The position numbers were made by a program, and so were the translations under genes. From Acidobacteriota bacterium (GTDB lineage Bacteria > Acidobacteriota > UBA6911 > RPQK01 > JAJDTT01), in the NCBI GenBank assembly GCA_965263035.1, contig OZ253580.1, forward strand, positions 64,001 through 128,000: DNA of 64,000 nt, in the 5' to 3' direction. Of this stretch, positions 9,833 through 19,692 are shown in pieces. Within the stretch, counting starts at the first letter, position 1. The number at the start of each line of letters is the position of its first letter. The notes under the pieces were generated by a model that was not told the DNA's origin, made no database searches, and saw nothing but the letters and a program-made list of their open reading frames with translations.

Positions 9833-11212
9833 TCAGGACGATTCAAATCGGCGGTCGATCCGGTCCCACTGGTAGCCGAGGCCCGTCCCCCGGAGTGTCG
9901 ACGTGCGGATCCTTCCCTGCTCCAGCTTGAAGAAACCAGGGTGGACCGCCCGCTCCGGCTCGCTGCTGGCGGGAAAGAACTGACGGCTGTTGGACTCGAC
10001 GCCGCGAATAGTCTGCAGCCGGCCCGCCAAGCCGGCCGACTGGAGCAGAGCGATGCCCGGATTCGTCAGATCCTGCACCGCGAATGGAACGCCGGCCGCG
10101 GCGGCCCGGGATGCCAGCACCAGCTCGGCCGACTGGCACTTGCAGGTCTTCAAAGCCAGACCGCTGTACCCCAGTTCCAGCGCCAGCTCCAGATCCTCCA
10201 GCGAACTCAGAGCCTCATCCACGATGACGGGCTTGATCTGCCGCAATTCCGTCATGTCCAGCATTCGTTTTCGTAGGTCCCGTTCGCACGGCTGTTCCAC
10301 GTAGAGCAGAGAGTCGAAGGCGGACCGGTTCTCTTCCTTCAACCGGACCAGCAGCTCCACCATGTACTGGGGTGTGTCGCACATCTCGTTCGTGTCAGCC
10401 GTGAGCCATAGTTCATCGATATTCAGGCGTCGTTGCTCGGTACGAGCCAGCCGGTAGACTTCCAGGAGCCGGTTGAGATCCCACTCCAGGTCGGTGCCCA
10501 GCAGTTTGACCTTGAGACACCGGAGGGCCTCGTAACGGATCCATTGGTCCAGGGAAACGGGCAGGCCGTCGTCGGGATCGTCTTCCGCGACTTCGGCTTC
10601 CGAGAGCTTGTCCATTCCCCCCACCAAGTGGAAGGCATCCACCTGTTCCGGCAGGGGATGGAGAAAATCCGCCACGTAGCGTCCCGTATAGGAAGACCCC
10701 AGCCAGCGGGAGAGGTCGTGATCCATGTGCTCAGGGCCGTAGCCCAGGTAGGTGTCGATGCCTGCCGCGTTCCCGAAGGCGTCGTGAATGGCGGCGTCGG
10801 CGGCGGAGGCGCAGATGAGGGCGTTGAGGCGAGGCATCTCCTCGGCGGCGTCCGCGTCCCGGCAGAGGTTGTGTGTCAGGGACTCCAGTTCCGGCTCCAG
10901 TTCCCAGAAGAGGTCAATGGGATGCGCGAAGGTCCGCACCTCCCCCAGACGTCGGCACCAAGCCGTCACCAGCTGGACCATCAGCTCCTCCCGCTGCGGG
11001 TGGTCCACTAGGCTCGAAGGCCAGCCCCAGACGTCGGAGAGAAAGATGGCGCCCCAACCTTCTCCTCTCTGTCCCTGCCGATTCTCCACTAGCACACGGA
11101 CGTGGCAGAGCCAGGCCGAGTCCATGACCACACCGCCGAACTTCAGGGGCGTCCGGGACTGCTCCCGGGTGAAATACGGCTGAATCTCCAGGATCCGAAC
11201 GTCGGTCTCCAT
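9833..11212 (-). CDS. Enolase superfamily (mandelate racemase/muconate lactonizing enzyme-like) protein
   Basis: KVK, D-TNE, EQP and DE metal/catalytic motifs; N-terminal capping domain with GEGWG. Confidence 0.82.
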   Translation of the reverse strand: METDVRILEIQPYFTREQSRTPLKFGGVVMDSAWLCHVRVLVENRQGQRGEGWGAIFLSDVWGWPSSLVDHPQREELMVQLVTAWCRRLGEVRTFAHPIDLFWELEPELESLTHNLCRDADAAEEMPRLNALICASAADAAIHDAFGNAAGIDTYLGYGPEHMDHDLSRWLGSSYTGRYVADFLHPLPEQVDAFHLVGGMDKLSEAEVAEDDPDDGLPVSLDQWIRYEALRCLKVKLLGTDLEWDLNRLLEVYRLARTEQRRLNIDELWLTADTNEMCDTPQYMVELLVRLKEENRSAFDSLLYVEQPCERDLRKRMLDMTELRQIKPVIVDEALSSLEDLELALELGYSGLALKTCKCQSAELVLASRAAAAGVPFAVQDLTNPGIALLQSAGLAGRLQTIRGVESNSRQFFPASSEPERAVHPGFFKLEQGRIRTSTLRGTGLGYQWDRIDRRFESS

Positions 11213-11222
11213 ATCCGATTCC

Positions 11223-12500
11223 CTACCCTTGCAACAGGCTTTCCACCATCGGCACCACTCTGAGGGCCGTCATGCCGGCGATTCCCAACAGCACCGCCGC
11301 TCCCAGAACGACGAAGGCCCGTTCCGGAGTAGAGAACGGACGCTGTGCCATGGCGTCGCGGTCGAAGAAGGCCAGCAACGTCGCCAGCACCCCCAGGGGC
11401 ACTGCCAACAGGGTCAGGGCCTGGGCCAGGGCGAGAGCCCGGATCTCCAACTGGCTCTTGGCGGCAGCACCCGCCGCGGCCGCGGGATCCGCAGGCGCCT
11501 CGGATTGGAGGATGGCGACGGCGGTGGCCAAGCCGATGAGCAGGATGACCGTGGCGAAGAGCTTGGTGGACGAAGAGTTCACCTTCCCGCCCAATCCCAG
11601 CCCGTCGCTGACCAGGACCCCGCCGATCAGGGCGTTGGTCACGAAGCTGGAGAAGGCGGCGGTACCGAATCCGACGCAGAAGATGATGCGAGCATATGCC
11701 CCGAAGACACCCTCCAGTTGCATCGCCATGCCGGCGGCGCTGTCCACCGACCCGCCGGGATACAGCACGGCGGCCGCCGTCATCATGATCACGCAACCAA
11801 TTGCCGTGTAGAGGATGGACGCCAGCACCGTGTCCGTGACGCCGCTGGAAAAGTCCTCCTCCTTCCAGCCCTTGGCCCGGACCAGATAGGCCTGAAAGAA
11901 GGCTGCCACCATCACGAAGGTGGTGGCGACCAGGCCTCCCAACGTGAGCCAGTCGGCGCCTTCCGGAACCCGCGGGATGAACGCCCCCTTCAGCGCGGCT
12001 GACCAGTCCGGTCCGGCCCACAACAGATTGACCAAGAAAGCCAGGATCATGAAGACGAGGAAGAAGGTCATCAACCGCTCCAGCAGCAAATAGATGTTCC
12101 GGAAGCCCAGGAGGAAGACGATGGAAAGCAGTGTGAAGCCCACGGGCCAGACCAGCTTGGGGACGTCAGCCCAGAGCGTGGTCATGGCGGCGGTGACGCC
12201 CAGATTGTTGCCGAACTGGAAGGTGGCGTTCACCGATGCCAGCGAGAGGCCGCAGACCACGGCGAACCAGGGTCCCAGCTTGCGGGAGGCCACGCCCAGG
12301 AAAGTCTCTTGGGAGTAAAGGCCAAAGCGAAGGAAGAGGGCGAGAAACCCCGCCATAAGGGCGCCGGCGAGAATGGCCAGCCAGAGCATGGAGTAGCCGT
12401 AGGCAGCGCCGGTGCGCGACATCAGGGTGACGCTGCCCGGTCCGATGATGCAGGCCCCCACGATGAAGGCGGGTCCGATTCGTTTCAGTCCAACGGCCAT
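11223..12500 (-). CDS. Nramp/MntH-like transporter (APC superfamily)
   Basis: IGPAFIVGACIIGPGSVT, GAAYGYSMLW, FQFGNNLG, LVATT, FSSF; about 11 TM. Confidence 0.82.
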   Translation of the reverse strand: MAVGLKRIGPAFIVGACIIGPGSVTLMSRTGAAYGYSMLWLAILAGALMAGFLALFLRFGLYSQETFLGVASRKLGPWFAVVCGLSLASVNATFQFGNNLGVTAAMTTLWADVPKLVWPVGFTLLSIVFLLGFRNIYLLLERLMTFFLVFMILAFLVNLLWAGPDWSAALKGAFIPRVPEGADWLTLGGLVATTFVMVAAFFQAYLVRAKGWKEEDFSSGVTDTVLASILYTAIGCVIMMTAAAVLYPGGSVDSAAGMAMQLEGVFGAYARIIFCVGFGTAAFSSFVTNALIGGVLVSDGLGLGGKVNSSSTKLFATVILLIGLATAVAILQSEAPADPAAAAGAAAKSQLEIRALALAQALTLLAVPLGVLATLLAFFDRDAMAQRPFSTPERAFVVLGAAVLLGIAGMTALRVVPMVESLLQG

Positions 12501-12552
12501 GATCGATACCTTCTTGCCGTTCTCTCCGGCACCCAGTGTACAGGGCACCGAA

Positions 12553-12573
12553 AGGAGCGGCGACTTCTAGTCG
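12553..12573 (-). repeat. REP-like hairpin family A; first of a tandem pair whose second copy is split by IS110
   Basis: AGGAGCGGCGACTTCTAGTCGC. Confidence 0.7.
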
Positions 12574-13006
12574 CAGAAGAGGAGTATCCATGTTGCAAGT
12601 GGTGGGTGCTAATCGGTGTTTCCATCCCGTGTCGTTAGTACGTGATCTGTCCGGTCCAAGAGGCACAGGGTTAGGAGGAGCGTTCTTCCGCCGGAGGTGA
12701 GGCGGAGATCGAACTGGATCCGCCGGGCGCCGTGCAGGGGGCGATGAGTGGACCGATCAACTGGATCGAGGGGCCTGAGATCGTCGATGTCGGTCCTCCG
12801 GGAGGTCCGGATACGCCCTGGGGAGCGCCGGGTCAAGCCTCCGGCTCCTCCGCTTCGCTGCGCCCCTTCGGGTGACCCGACGCTCCCCAGGGCGTGAAGA
12901 GCTTTCATGGCCGTAAGCAAGCTTCCGGCCAGACTTGACCGGAAGTTCGACAGACGGCCATCAGGGGTCCACACGCTCCCTTTCCTCACGGGGTCTCTCC
13001 GTGGCC

Positions 13007-13954
13007 TCAGAAGGTCGCTCGGGGCGCTACGGGCAACCAGGTGCGGTCCTGCCGGACGAGGGTGTTGGCCAGGACGATAAGCTTGCGCATGACGGCGACG
13101 AGGGCCACCTTGCCGGGCTTGCCGCGCTCGCTCAGCCTCCGGTACACCTCGGCCAAGTCGGGGTTCCAGCGCAGGGCGGCCACCGCCGGCATGTACAGGA
13201 GCCGTCGCGCCCGCGCCCGTCCGCCCCGGATGAAGGCCCGGCCCTGCCAAGCCCCCGACTCGCGCGGAACGGCGGCCAACCCGGCCAGACTGGCGGCGGC
13301 CTTGCCGCTAAGGGCGCCCAGCTCGGGCATCTCGGCCAGCAGACCGGCGGCGGTGGTGGCCGCGATCCCGGGGATGGAGGTGAGGATCTCCAACTTGCGG
13401 GCCCGCGCCTCGTCGGCCGCAATCAGCTGCTGCATTTTGCGGTCGATGGCGCGCAGGTGGCGCTCGAACATGTTGATCTGGATCTGGTTCTGCTGTTTGA
13501 GCAGGGGTTCGCGGAGCTGTCGGCGGCGGTTGAGCGCGGCCGTGCGCTGGCGCATCAGCGCGTCCCGGGACGTCTGCAGATCCTGGAGCCGGCGTTGCGT
13601 TTTGGACGGCACCTGGGTCCGGCGCGGCTCCAGCGTGGCGGCCAGCTGGGCCAGTTTCCGAGCGTCTACGGCGTCGGTCTTGGCGCGGCTCCCGGTCGCC
13701 TCGGCGAAGCGCCGCGCCTGCCAGGGGTTCACCTTGGCCAGCGGCAGCTTCGCTTTGGACAGCGCCTCCTCGAGGTCCCGGTGGTAGGGGCCGGTGGCCT
13801 CGTAGGCGATGCACTCGACCGGAGTTCCGATCCAATCGATCAGCGCCCGGAAGCCGGCCGGGTCATTGTCGAACTGGGCGGAATGGCCGTCGGCCAGCCG
13901 GTGCGCGTCCAGGTGCGCTTTCGAGATGTCGATGCCTACGGTATGCTGTTTCAT
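13007..13954 (-). CDS. IS110 DEDD recombinase/transposase
   Basis: GIDISK, EATG, KTDAVDA, SIPGI, LAGL..RESG, GGR..RRLLYMPA. Confidence 0.95.
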   Translation of the reverse strand: MKQHTVGIDISKAHLDAHRLADGHSAQFDNDPAGFRALIDWIGTPVECIAYEATGPYHRDLEEALSKAKLPLAKVNPWQARRFAEATGSRAKTDAVDARKLAQLAATLEPRRTQVPSKTQRRLQDLQTSRDALMRQRTAALNRRRQLREPLLKQQNQIQINMFERHLRAIDRKMQQLIAADEARARKLEILTSIPGIAATTAAGLLAEMPELGALSGKAAASLAGLAAVPRESGAWQGRAFIRGGRARARRLLYMPAVAALRWNPDLAEVYRRLSERGKPGKVALVAVMRKLIVLANTLVRQDRTWLPVAPRATF

Positions 13955-13959
13955 CTTTC

Positions 13960-14120
13960 CTGTCTCCTGTGCTTGTCATTCGGGCCTTGATGCCCTCGTA
14001 TCCATTCAGGACATCGGGAAAGACGGTGGCCGACCTGACTCCTTTTCGGTTCGCAAAAGTCCGCGGCGGTACGGTCCAGCCACCGCCGTCCGGGTCGCTC
14101 ATGAGCGACCCGGACGGCCC
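13960..14120 (-). ncRNA. IS110 bridge RNA
   Basis: 5' perfect hairpin (14085-14118), then target loop (ACCGCCGC 14063-70; AGGAG 14039-43) and donor loop (ATGGATAC 13998-14005; GACAAG 13972-77) matching the flanks and ends. Confidence 0.82.
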
Positions 14121-14150
14121 CATTTAAACAGACAAGCGGCGGTTTCCTAG

Positions 14151-16227
14151 CCCGAGTTTACTGTGTTCGCGTCAGCATAGCACTGGCCTAGCGCATGGGC
14201 AGACCGATTTCTCAAATTCAAGTTATTGATAAGGAAGAGTTTATCCACCCAGCCCGACCGAGGCCACTGCGCCCGTGACCTCGACTTTTGTATGACCTAA
14301 TTCCTGTTGGACTGTTCTAGGTTAATCCCGGAAGTATCTATCTGATTTCGCAGGATAAATTTTTGATTTCAGGCGAGGACCTTTGACAATCGACCTCTCG
14401 ATACGCTAGTGTATGACCTAATATATGGCCAGCATCGTCAAGAAGATCATCCGCGGCCGCCCCTACTACTACGCCCGCGTCTGCAAACGCGTCCACGGCA
14501 AGCCCAAGATCGTTTCCCAGACCTATCTCGGCCGCGCCGACAAAATCATCGAGAAGCTTCGGGCCGCCCCCGTGCTGGCCCAACCACTGGAGGCGGTCGT
14601 GCGCGAATTCGGCGCCTCCACCGCCCTGCTCGCCCTCGCCCGCCGCTTGCAGCTCGTCGAGCACATCGACCGCCATGTCCCCAAGCGCGGCTCCGGCCCC
14701 TCCGTCGGCACCTACCTGCTCGCCGCCGTCCTCAACCGCTGCCTCGCCCCCGGCTCCAAGGCCAGCCTCGCCCGCTGGTTCGACTCCACCGCCCTCGGCC
14801 GCCTCCTCCCCCTGCGCTCCAGCCAGCTCACCAGCCAGCGCTTCTGGGACCACATGCACCGCGTCCCCGTCTCAGCCATCCCCGCCATCGAACGCGACAT
14901 CGTGACCGCCATGACCCGTGAGTTCGGCCTCGACCTGCGCCAAGTGCTGTTTGACGCCACCAACGTCTTCACCTACATCGATTCTTTCAACGAGCGCTCC
15001 CAGCTGGCCCAGCGCGGCCACAGCAAGGAGGGCCGCAGGTCGTTGCGCATCATCGGCGTGGCGCTGCTGGTCACGGCCGACTTCCGCCTGCCCCTGCTGC
15101 ATCGCACCTATCCCGGCAACCGGCCCGACGCGCCGCTGTTCCAGAGCCTCTCCGCCGACTTGGCCCGGCGCTACCATGAGATCGCGGCCGGCGCCGAGAC
15201 GGTCACCCTGGTCTTCGACAAGGGCAACAACTCGCGCGAGAACCTGGACTGGGTCGAGCGCGGCCCCTTCCACTTCATCGGCTCGCTGGTGCCGACCCAA
15301 CACCCGGACCTGCTGGCCGTGCCGGCGGACCAGTTGCGCTCGCTGGAGGCCGACGGGTTGCCCGGCGTGCACGCCTACCGCACCCACTACGAAGTGTTCG
15401 GCGTCGAGCGCACGGTGCTGGTGATTTGGAACCAAGCGCTGTTCGACGCCCAGTGCCGGACGCTGCTGCGTGAGATCGCGAAGCGGCGCCAGCACCTGCG
15501 CGCGCTGCAGCGGCAGCTTCGCCGCTGGCGCGACGGCAAGATCCGTGGGGGGCGCAAGCCGGGCGTGGCCACCACGCGCAAGAAGGTTGACGGCTGGCTG
15601 CGGGCCCGGCACATGCGGGACCTGTTCGACGTCCAGGTGCGTGAGGAGGACGGCTTGCCGAAGGTGAATTACCGCTTCCAGCGGCGCGCCTGGGAGCAGC
15701 TGCAGCGCAGGTTGCTGGGCAAGACCCTGCTGTTCACCGACCAAGCGGGCTGGAGCGACGCCGAGTTGGTGCGCGGCTACCGCGCCCAGCATCATGTCGA
15801 GAGCGCCTTCCGGCAACTCAAGGACAGCAACTGCATCGCGATCCGGCCGCAATACCACTGGACGGATCAGAAGATCGCGGTGCATGTGTTCTGCTGCGTG
15901 CTGGCGCTGATGCTGTGCGGACTGCTGCAGCGGGAACTGAGCCGCCACGGCGTGTCGGGCTCGATCCCCGCACTGCTCGACGCACTGGGTGGGATCCGCG
16001 AAGTCGACGTACTCTATCCCGCACAGGAGGAGGGCGGCAATCCCGAACTCAGGACGACGCTCTCGCAGATGACGGACGAACAGCGCAGGATGTACGAAAT
16101 CCTAGACCTACAAAGCCAGACGATCTAACCTCTGATGCGGCTCCGTAGGTCATACGGGAGGGCTGACCTATGTCTCTGCAAAAAAAGAACTTATCTTTAT
16201 CTTTTTGTCCAACACGGTAAACTCGGG
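14151..16227 (+). mobile_element. IS1634-family insertion sequence
   Basis: 17-bp TIR CCCGAGTTTACTGTGTT / AACACGGTAAACTCGGG; CTAG on both sides. Confidence 0.88.
14425..16128 (+). CDS. IS1634-family DDE transposase
   Basis: YYYARVCKRVHGKPK, FDATN, RGHSKEGR, VFDKGNNS, YRAQHHVESAFRQLK, IRPQYHWTD. Confidence 0.92.
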   Translation: MASIVKKIIRGRPYYYARVCKRVHGKPKIVSQTYLGRADKIIEKLRAAPVLAQPLEAVVREFGASTALLALARRLQLVEHIDRHVPKRGSGPSVGTYLLAAVLNRCLAPGSKASLARWFDSTALGRLLPLRSSQLTSQRFWDHMHRVPVSAIPAIERDIVTAMTREFGLDLRQVLFDATNVFTYIDSFNERSQLAQRGHSKEGRRSLRIIGVALLVTADFRLPLLHRTYPGNRPDAPLFQSLSADLARRYHEIAAGAETVTLVFDKGNNSRENLDWVERGPFHFIGSLVPTQHPDLLAVPADQLRSLEADGLPGVHAYRTHYEVFGVERTVLVIWNQALFDAQCRTLLREIAKRRQHLRALQRQLRRWRDGKIRGGRKPGVATTRKKVDGWLRARHMRDLFDVQVREEDGLPKVNYRFQRRAWEQLQRRLLGKTLLFTDQAGWSDAELVRGYRAQHHVESAFRQLKDSNCIAIRPQYHWTDQKIAVHVFCCVLALMLCGLLQRELSRHGVSGSIPALLDALGGIREVDVLYPAQEEGGNPELRTTLSQMTDEQRRMYEILDLQSQTI

Positions 16228-16299
16228 CTAGAGCAAAGCCGTGTCTTTGATTCAGGGCCATGGTGGACGGCACAAGAGAGAAAATCACGCATTGAAACA

Positions 16300-16315
16300 C
16301 GTACCTTTTGGTACG
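16300..16315. promoter_or_regulatory. Possible HicB operator palindrome
   Basis: CGTACC-TTTT-GGTACG next to TTGAAA, just upstream of hicA. Confidence 0.4.
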
Positions 16316-16325
16316 GAGATAGACT

Positions 16326-16532
16326 ATGACTGGAGTCGAGTTCATCCGCCGTGCGAGTCGCTATGCGAAACGGACCGGTCAGGATTTCCGATTGGAGCCC
16401 AGCCGCGGCAAGGGCAGCCACGCACGTTTATGGATCGGCCGGCGATTTACCACAGTAAAGCGGAGTGAGTTGCAGCGGGGGACCTTTTTTGGGATGTTGA
16501 AACAGTTGAACATCAGCACGGAGGACTTCTGA
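16326..16532 (+). CDS. hicA: HicA-family toxin
   Basis: GKGSH motif, 68 aa, upstream of HicB. Confidence 0.8.
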   Translation: MTGVEFIRRASRYAKRTGQDFRLEPSRGKGSHARLWIGRRFTTVKRSELQRGTFFGMLKQLNISTEDF

Positions 16533-16534
16533 CG

Positions 16535-16963
16535 ATGCGATACGTTTACCCCTGCGTCCTGGCACCGGAACAGGAGGGCGGATTCTCTGTCACGTTTCCA
16601 GACGTTCCCGAGGCGCTGACTTGTGGAAACGACAGGGTTGAAGCCTTGGCGATGGCCGAGGACGCACTCGCGACAGCATTGGCTGGATACGTTCAGGAAC
16701 GTTGGGACATCCCAATTCCGGCCATACCTACCAGTGGTCAAGAACTGATCGCCGTTCCGCCTGTCGTTGCCTCCAAGCTGGCCCTCTACAGATGCATGCG
16801 CAAGCAGGGCATCACCAAGGTCGCTCTTGCCAAGCGCTTGGGCCTGAGCGAAGGCGCTGTCCGAAAACTTCTGAAACTGGATCATCGGTCGCATATCAAC
16901 CAGGTCGAGAGAGCGCTTCGGGTGGTAGGGCGCTACTTGGTCGTCGAGGACAGAGTCGCCTGA
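16535..16963 (+). CDS. hicB: HicB-family antitoxin with C-terminal HTH
   Basis: GGFSVTFPDVPEALTCG..EALAMAEDAL; LAKRLGLSEGAVRKL. Confidence 0.88.
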   Translation: MRYVYPCVLAPEQEGGFSVTFPDVPEALTCGNDRVEALAMAEDALATALAGYVQERWDIPIPAIPTSGQELIAVPPVVASKLALYRCMRKQGITKVALAKRLGLSEGAVRKLLKLDHRSHINQVERALRVVGRYLVVEDRVA

Positions 16964-17127
16964 AGTCGAGTTGAAGTCCCGCTTCGGTTCTCGGCCGAGC
17001 CGCAAGCTCAGAGGAAAACCCGTAGACCGTCTCACGTATCGGATGTGAACAGCCAACACCGGTGTGGTACCTTTCGGTCTTCCCGGACGAGAATGTCAAC
17101 CCTTTCAACCCCAGCCGAGAGGAGCCC

Positions 17128-18693
17128 ATGAAATCCCACTTCTGGACACGAACGCTATCCCTGCTCGTACTGTCCACCATCACTGCCGCCGCTTCCGACG
17201 TGCCAAGCCTGGTGGAGATCGGCAATCGCAAGCAGTTGTTCATCGACGACTACATGATCCAGAGCCTCACCGACGCCAAACAGGTGCTCAACACCGCGGT
17301 CAAGGAGCCCAGCAACCCGGTGATCCGCCCGGACCGGCCCTGGGAGGGACATTTCTCTCCTGTGGCCAAGGTCCTCTACGACCCGGAGGAGAAGCTCTTC
17401 AAGATGTGGTACTCCACCAGCGGCGACTGGCGCGCGGAACCGGGAGGGCAGCTCGTGGAATTCCACTGGACCGACACCGGCGCCACTCGGAAAAGAGTCG
17501 ATGCTCCCTACCGATACGTGGGGATCTACGGCAACTACAACTACCGGCTCTGCTACGCCACCTCCAAGGACGGAGTCCATTGGGAAAAACCGAATCTGGG
17601 CAAGGTGGAGTTCAACGGCAGCCGCAACAACAACCTGCTGCCGGCCGGCGGCCGGGCGCCGACCTTCGAGGACCCCAACGAGACCGATCCCGCCAAGCGG
17701 TACAAGTCGATTGCCATGACGCGGACCAAGAATCCGCCCGGCATGCAGTTGCACGTCTACTATTCCCCGGACGGATTCAACTGGACTCCCGAGCCGACCA
17801 ACCCGGTGATGGACACGACGCCGGAGCCCGGTCGCTGGGGCCCCACCCACTACATGGGATGGGACCCGATCCGGAAAGTCTACGCCGCCCACATCGAAAA
17901 CTGCCTTCACCGCGCCTGCCCCACCGGCAAGAGGATCGTGGGGCGGGCCGAGAGCCCCGATTTCAGGAATTGGAGTCTCCCCCAGAACATCCTCCTTCCG
18001 GACGCTGAGGACTACCCGGACGCCGAGTTCTACCTCTTTCCGGTGGTGGCGTACGAGGGCACCTACATTGCCCTGCCCTGGATCTTTCGAACCACCCGGA
18101 CCCTCCACTACCCGACCCTGGCCTTCAGCCGTGACGGAGTGAACTACGAACGGAAGTTCCGGGAGCCCCTGGTCCGACCCGGCGCCGAGGGGAGCTTCGA
18201 TTCGGTCAGCGTCTACGTCCACGCACCCATCATGCAGGGAGGGAAGATCCGGATCTACTACACGGGCGCCAACTGGCGGGGGCCCGAACAGCTCTATCTC
18301 AGGCAGGAGGCCGAGGGAGAATCGCCGCTGAGGGCACCCGGTCTGGCGACCCTGCCGGAGGACGGGTTCGTCTCCATCGACGCGGGCAAGCTCAAGCCCG
18401 GGATCCTGCTCACCCAGACCTTCAGCTTCGATGGCTCGGGCCTTTACGTCAACATGGAGGCCGCCCGGAACAACGACGGCTCCGGGATTCCCCAGATCAA
18501 GGTGGAGATCCTGGATCACCAGACCAAGCCGCTGCCCGGCTTCTCGTTGAAGGAGTCGGATCCTCTGGCTGCCCGGGGATCTGCCCAGGCAAGTTGGCAG
18601 GGCAATAGCGACGTAAGTTCATTGGAGGGGCGCCCTGTCCAGCTTCGCTTCTGGATCCGGAACGCGAGCCTTTTTTCGTTTCAGTTCAAGTAG
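17128..18693 (+). CDS. Secreted beta-propeller glycoside hydrolase-like protein (GH32/GH43-like fold)
   Basis: Signal peptide, KQLFIDD, NPVIRPDRPWEG, CYATSKDGVHWEKPNLG, repeated S.DG..W Asp-boxes; GAGGAG RBS. Confidence 0.7.
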   Translation: MKSHFWTRTLSLLVLSTITAAASDVPSLVEIGNRKQLFIDDYMIQSLTDAKQVLNTAVKEPSNPVIRPDRPWEGHFSPVAKVLYDPEEKLFKMWYSTSGDWRAEPGGQLVEFHWTDTGATRKRVDAPYRYVGIYGNYNYRLCYATSKDGVHWEKPNLGKVEFNGSRNNNLLPAGGRAPTFEDPNETDPAKRYKSIAMTRTKNPPGMQLHVYYSPDGFNWTPEPTNPVMDTTPEPGRWGPTHYMGWDPIRKVYAAHIENCLHRACPTGKRIVGRAESPDFRNWSLPQNILLPDAEDYPDAEFYLFPVVAYEGTYIALPWIFRTTRTLHYPTLAFSRDGVNYERKFREPLVRPGAEGSFDSVSVYVHAPIMQGGKIRIYYTGANWRGPEQLYLRQEAEGESPLRAPGLATLPEDGFVSIDAGKLKPGILLTQTFSFDGSGLYVNMEAARNNDGSGIPQIKVEILDHQTKPLPGFSLKESDPLAARGSAQASWQGNSDVSSLEGRPVQLRFWIRNASLFSFQFK

Positions 18694-18737
18694 ATCGTGA
18701 TGAAGAGGGGGACTGCAAGTCCCCCCTCCCAGGGTGC

Positions 18738-19625
18738 TCAGGCTTCGGGCATCAGTTCATGGAACCGGTTCCAGACGCGGTCTCCCTGCTCCCGAGTCAA
18801 CGGAATGCCGGGTGGGCGCGGGACGCCGCAGTCGATTCCGAGACGCCTGCCCATTAGTTCCTTGAGGACGGCGACGTAGGGACCATATTCCCCATCGAAG
18901 AGGCCGAAGATCTCAGTCGCCTTGTCCTGGGCCTTCCGGGCCCGCGTCCAATCCCCTTCCTGATAGGCGTCCCAGACTCGGAGGAAGGGTTCGGGAGCCA
19001 CGCCGGGCGGTCCGTCCACACACCCCACGGCGCCCTCGACCAGGGCCGGCAGCATCAGGCAGCTGAAACCCTTCAAGCAGGCCAGTCCCATTTGGGCGAA
19101 GATCCAGACGTTCCTGAAGTTGACCGCCGAATGCTTGAGACCGGTCAACTGAGGCACCTCATTCTGGAGCTTCTTCATCAGCTCGGGGGTGAACTCCAGG
19201 CCCGTGGCGTCGGGCAGGTTGTAGACGAACAGGGGCAGCCCGGCGGCCTTGCCGATGGCCTGGTAGTAGCCGATCGCCTCGTCCTCGCCCGCACCGTAGA
19301 AGGAACCGGGCAAGGCGCAGACGGCGTCGACGCCGGCCCGGGCGGCCCGCTCCGCCATCCCGGCGGCAGCCGACGTGGTCGGCGCGCCCACGTGCATGAT
19401 GATCCGGGCCCGGCCCCGGCACTGATCCACGGCGACCTCGGCGACCCGCCGATTCTCCTCCGGCTGGAGCAGCACGCTCTCGCCGCTGCCGCCGGCCACC
19501 CAGAACCCGTGGACTCCGGCCTGGACGTTGAATTCCAAGACCTGCCGAAAGGCCTCCTCGTTGAGCCGATCCTCTCGGTCCATGGGAGTGATGACGGCCG
19601 GATAAAGCCCTCTGAAACTGGTCAT
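18738..19625 (-). CDS. DHDPS/N-acetylneuraminate lyase family class I aldolase
   Basis: GLYPAVITPM, GGSGES, VYNLP, GLKHS Schiff-base lysine. Confidence 0.9.
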   Translation of the reverse strand: MTSFRGLYPAVITPMDREDRLNEEAFRQVLEFNVQAGVHGFWVAGGSGESVLLQPEENRRVAEVAVDQCRGRARIIMHVGAPTTSAAAGMAERAARAGVDAVCALPGSFYGAGEDEAIGYYQAIGKAAGLPLFVYNLPDATGLEFTPELMKKLQNEVPQLTGLKHSAVNFRNVWIFAQMGLACLKGFSCLMLPALVEGAVGCVDGPPGVAPEPFLRVWDAYQEGDWTRARKAQDKATEIFGLFDGEYGPYVAVLKELMGRRLGIDCGVPRPPGIPLTREQGDRVWNRFHELMPEA

Positions 19626-19692
19626 TGGGGTCCTTTCGTTGTTCGAAGAGTGTTCGGTGACGATCGGCGCGGCGGGCTGCACCGCTGGAGAT

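Larger units (their letters stand above)
12585..14136 (-). mobile_element. IS110-family element inserted in a REP-like repeat
   Basis: CT core (AG on +) at 12583-84 and 14135-36; ends ...CAACATGGATA and TGTCTGTTTAAAT...; excision restores AGGAGCGGCGGTTTCCTAG. Confidence 0.88.
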
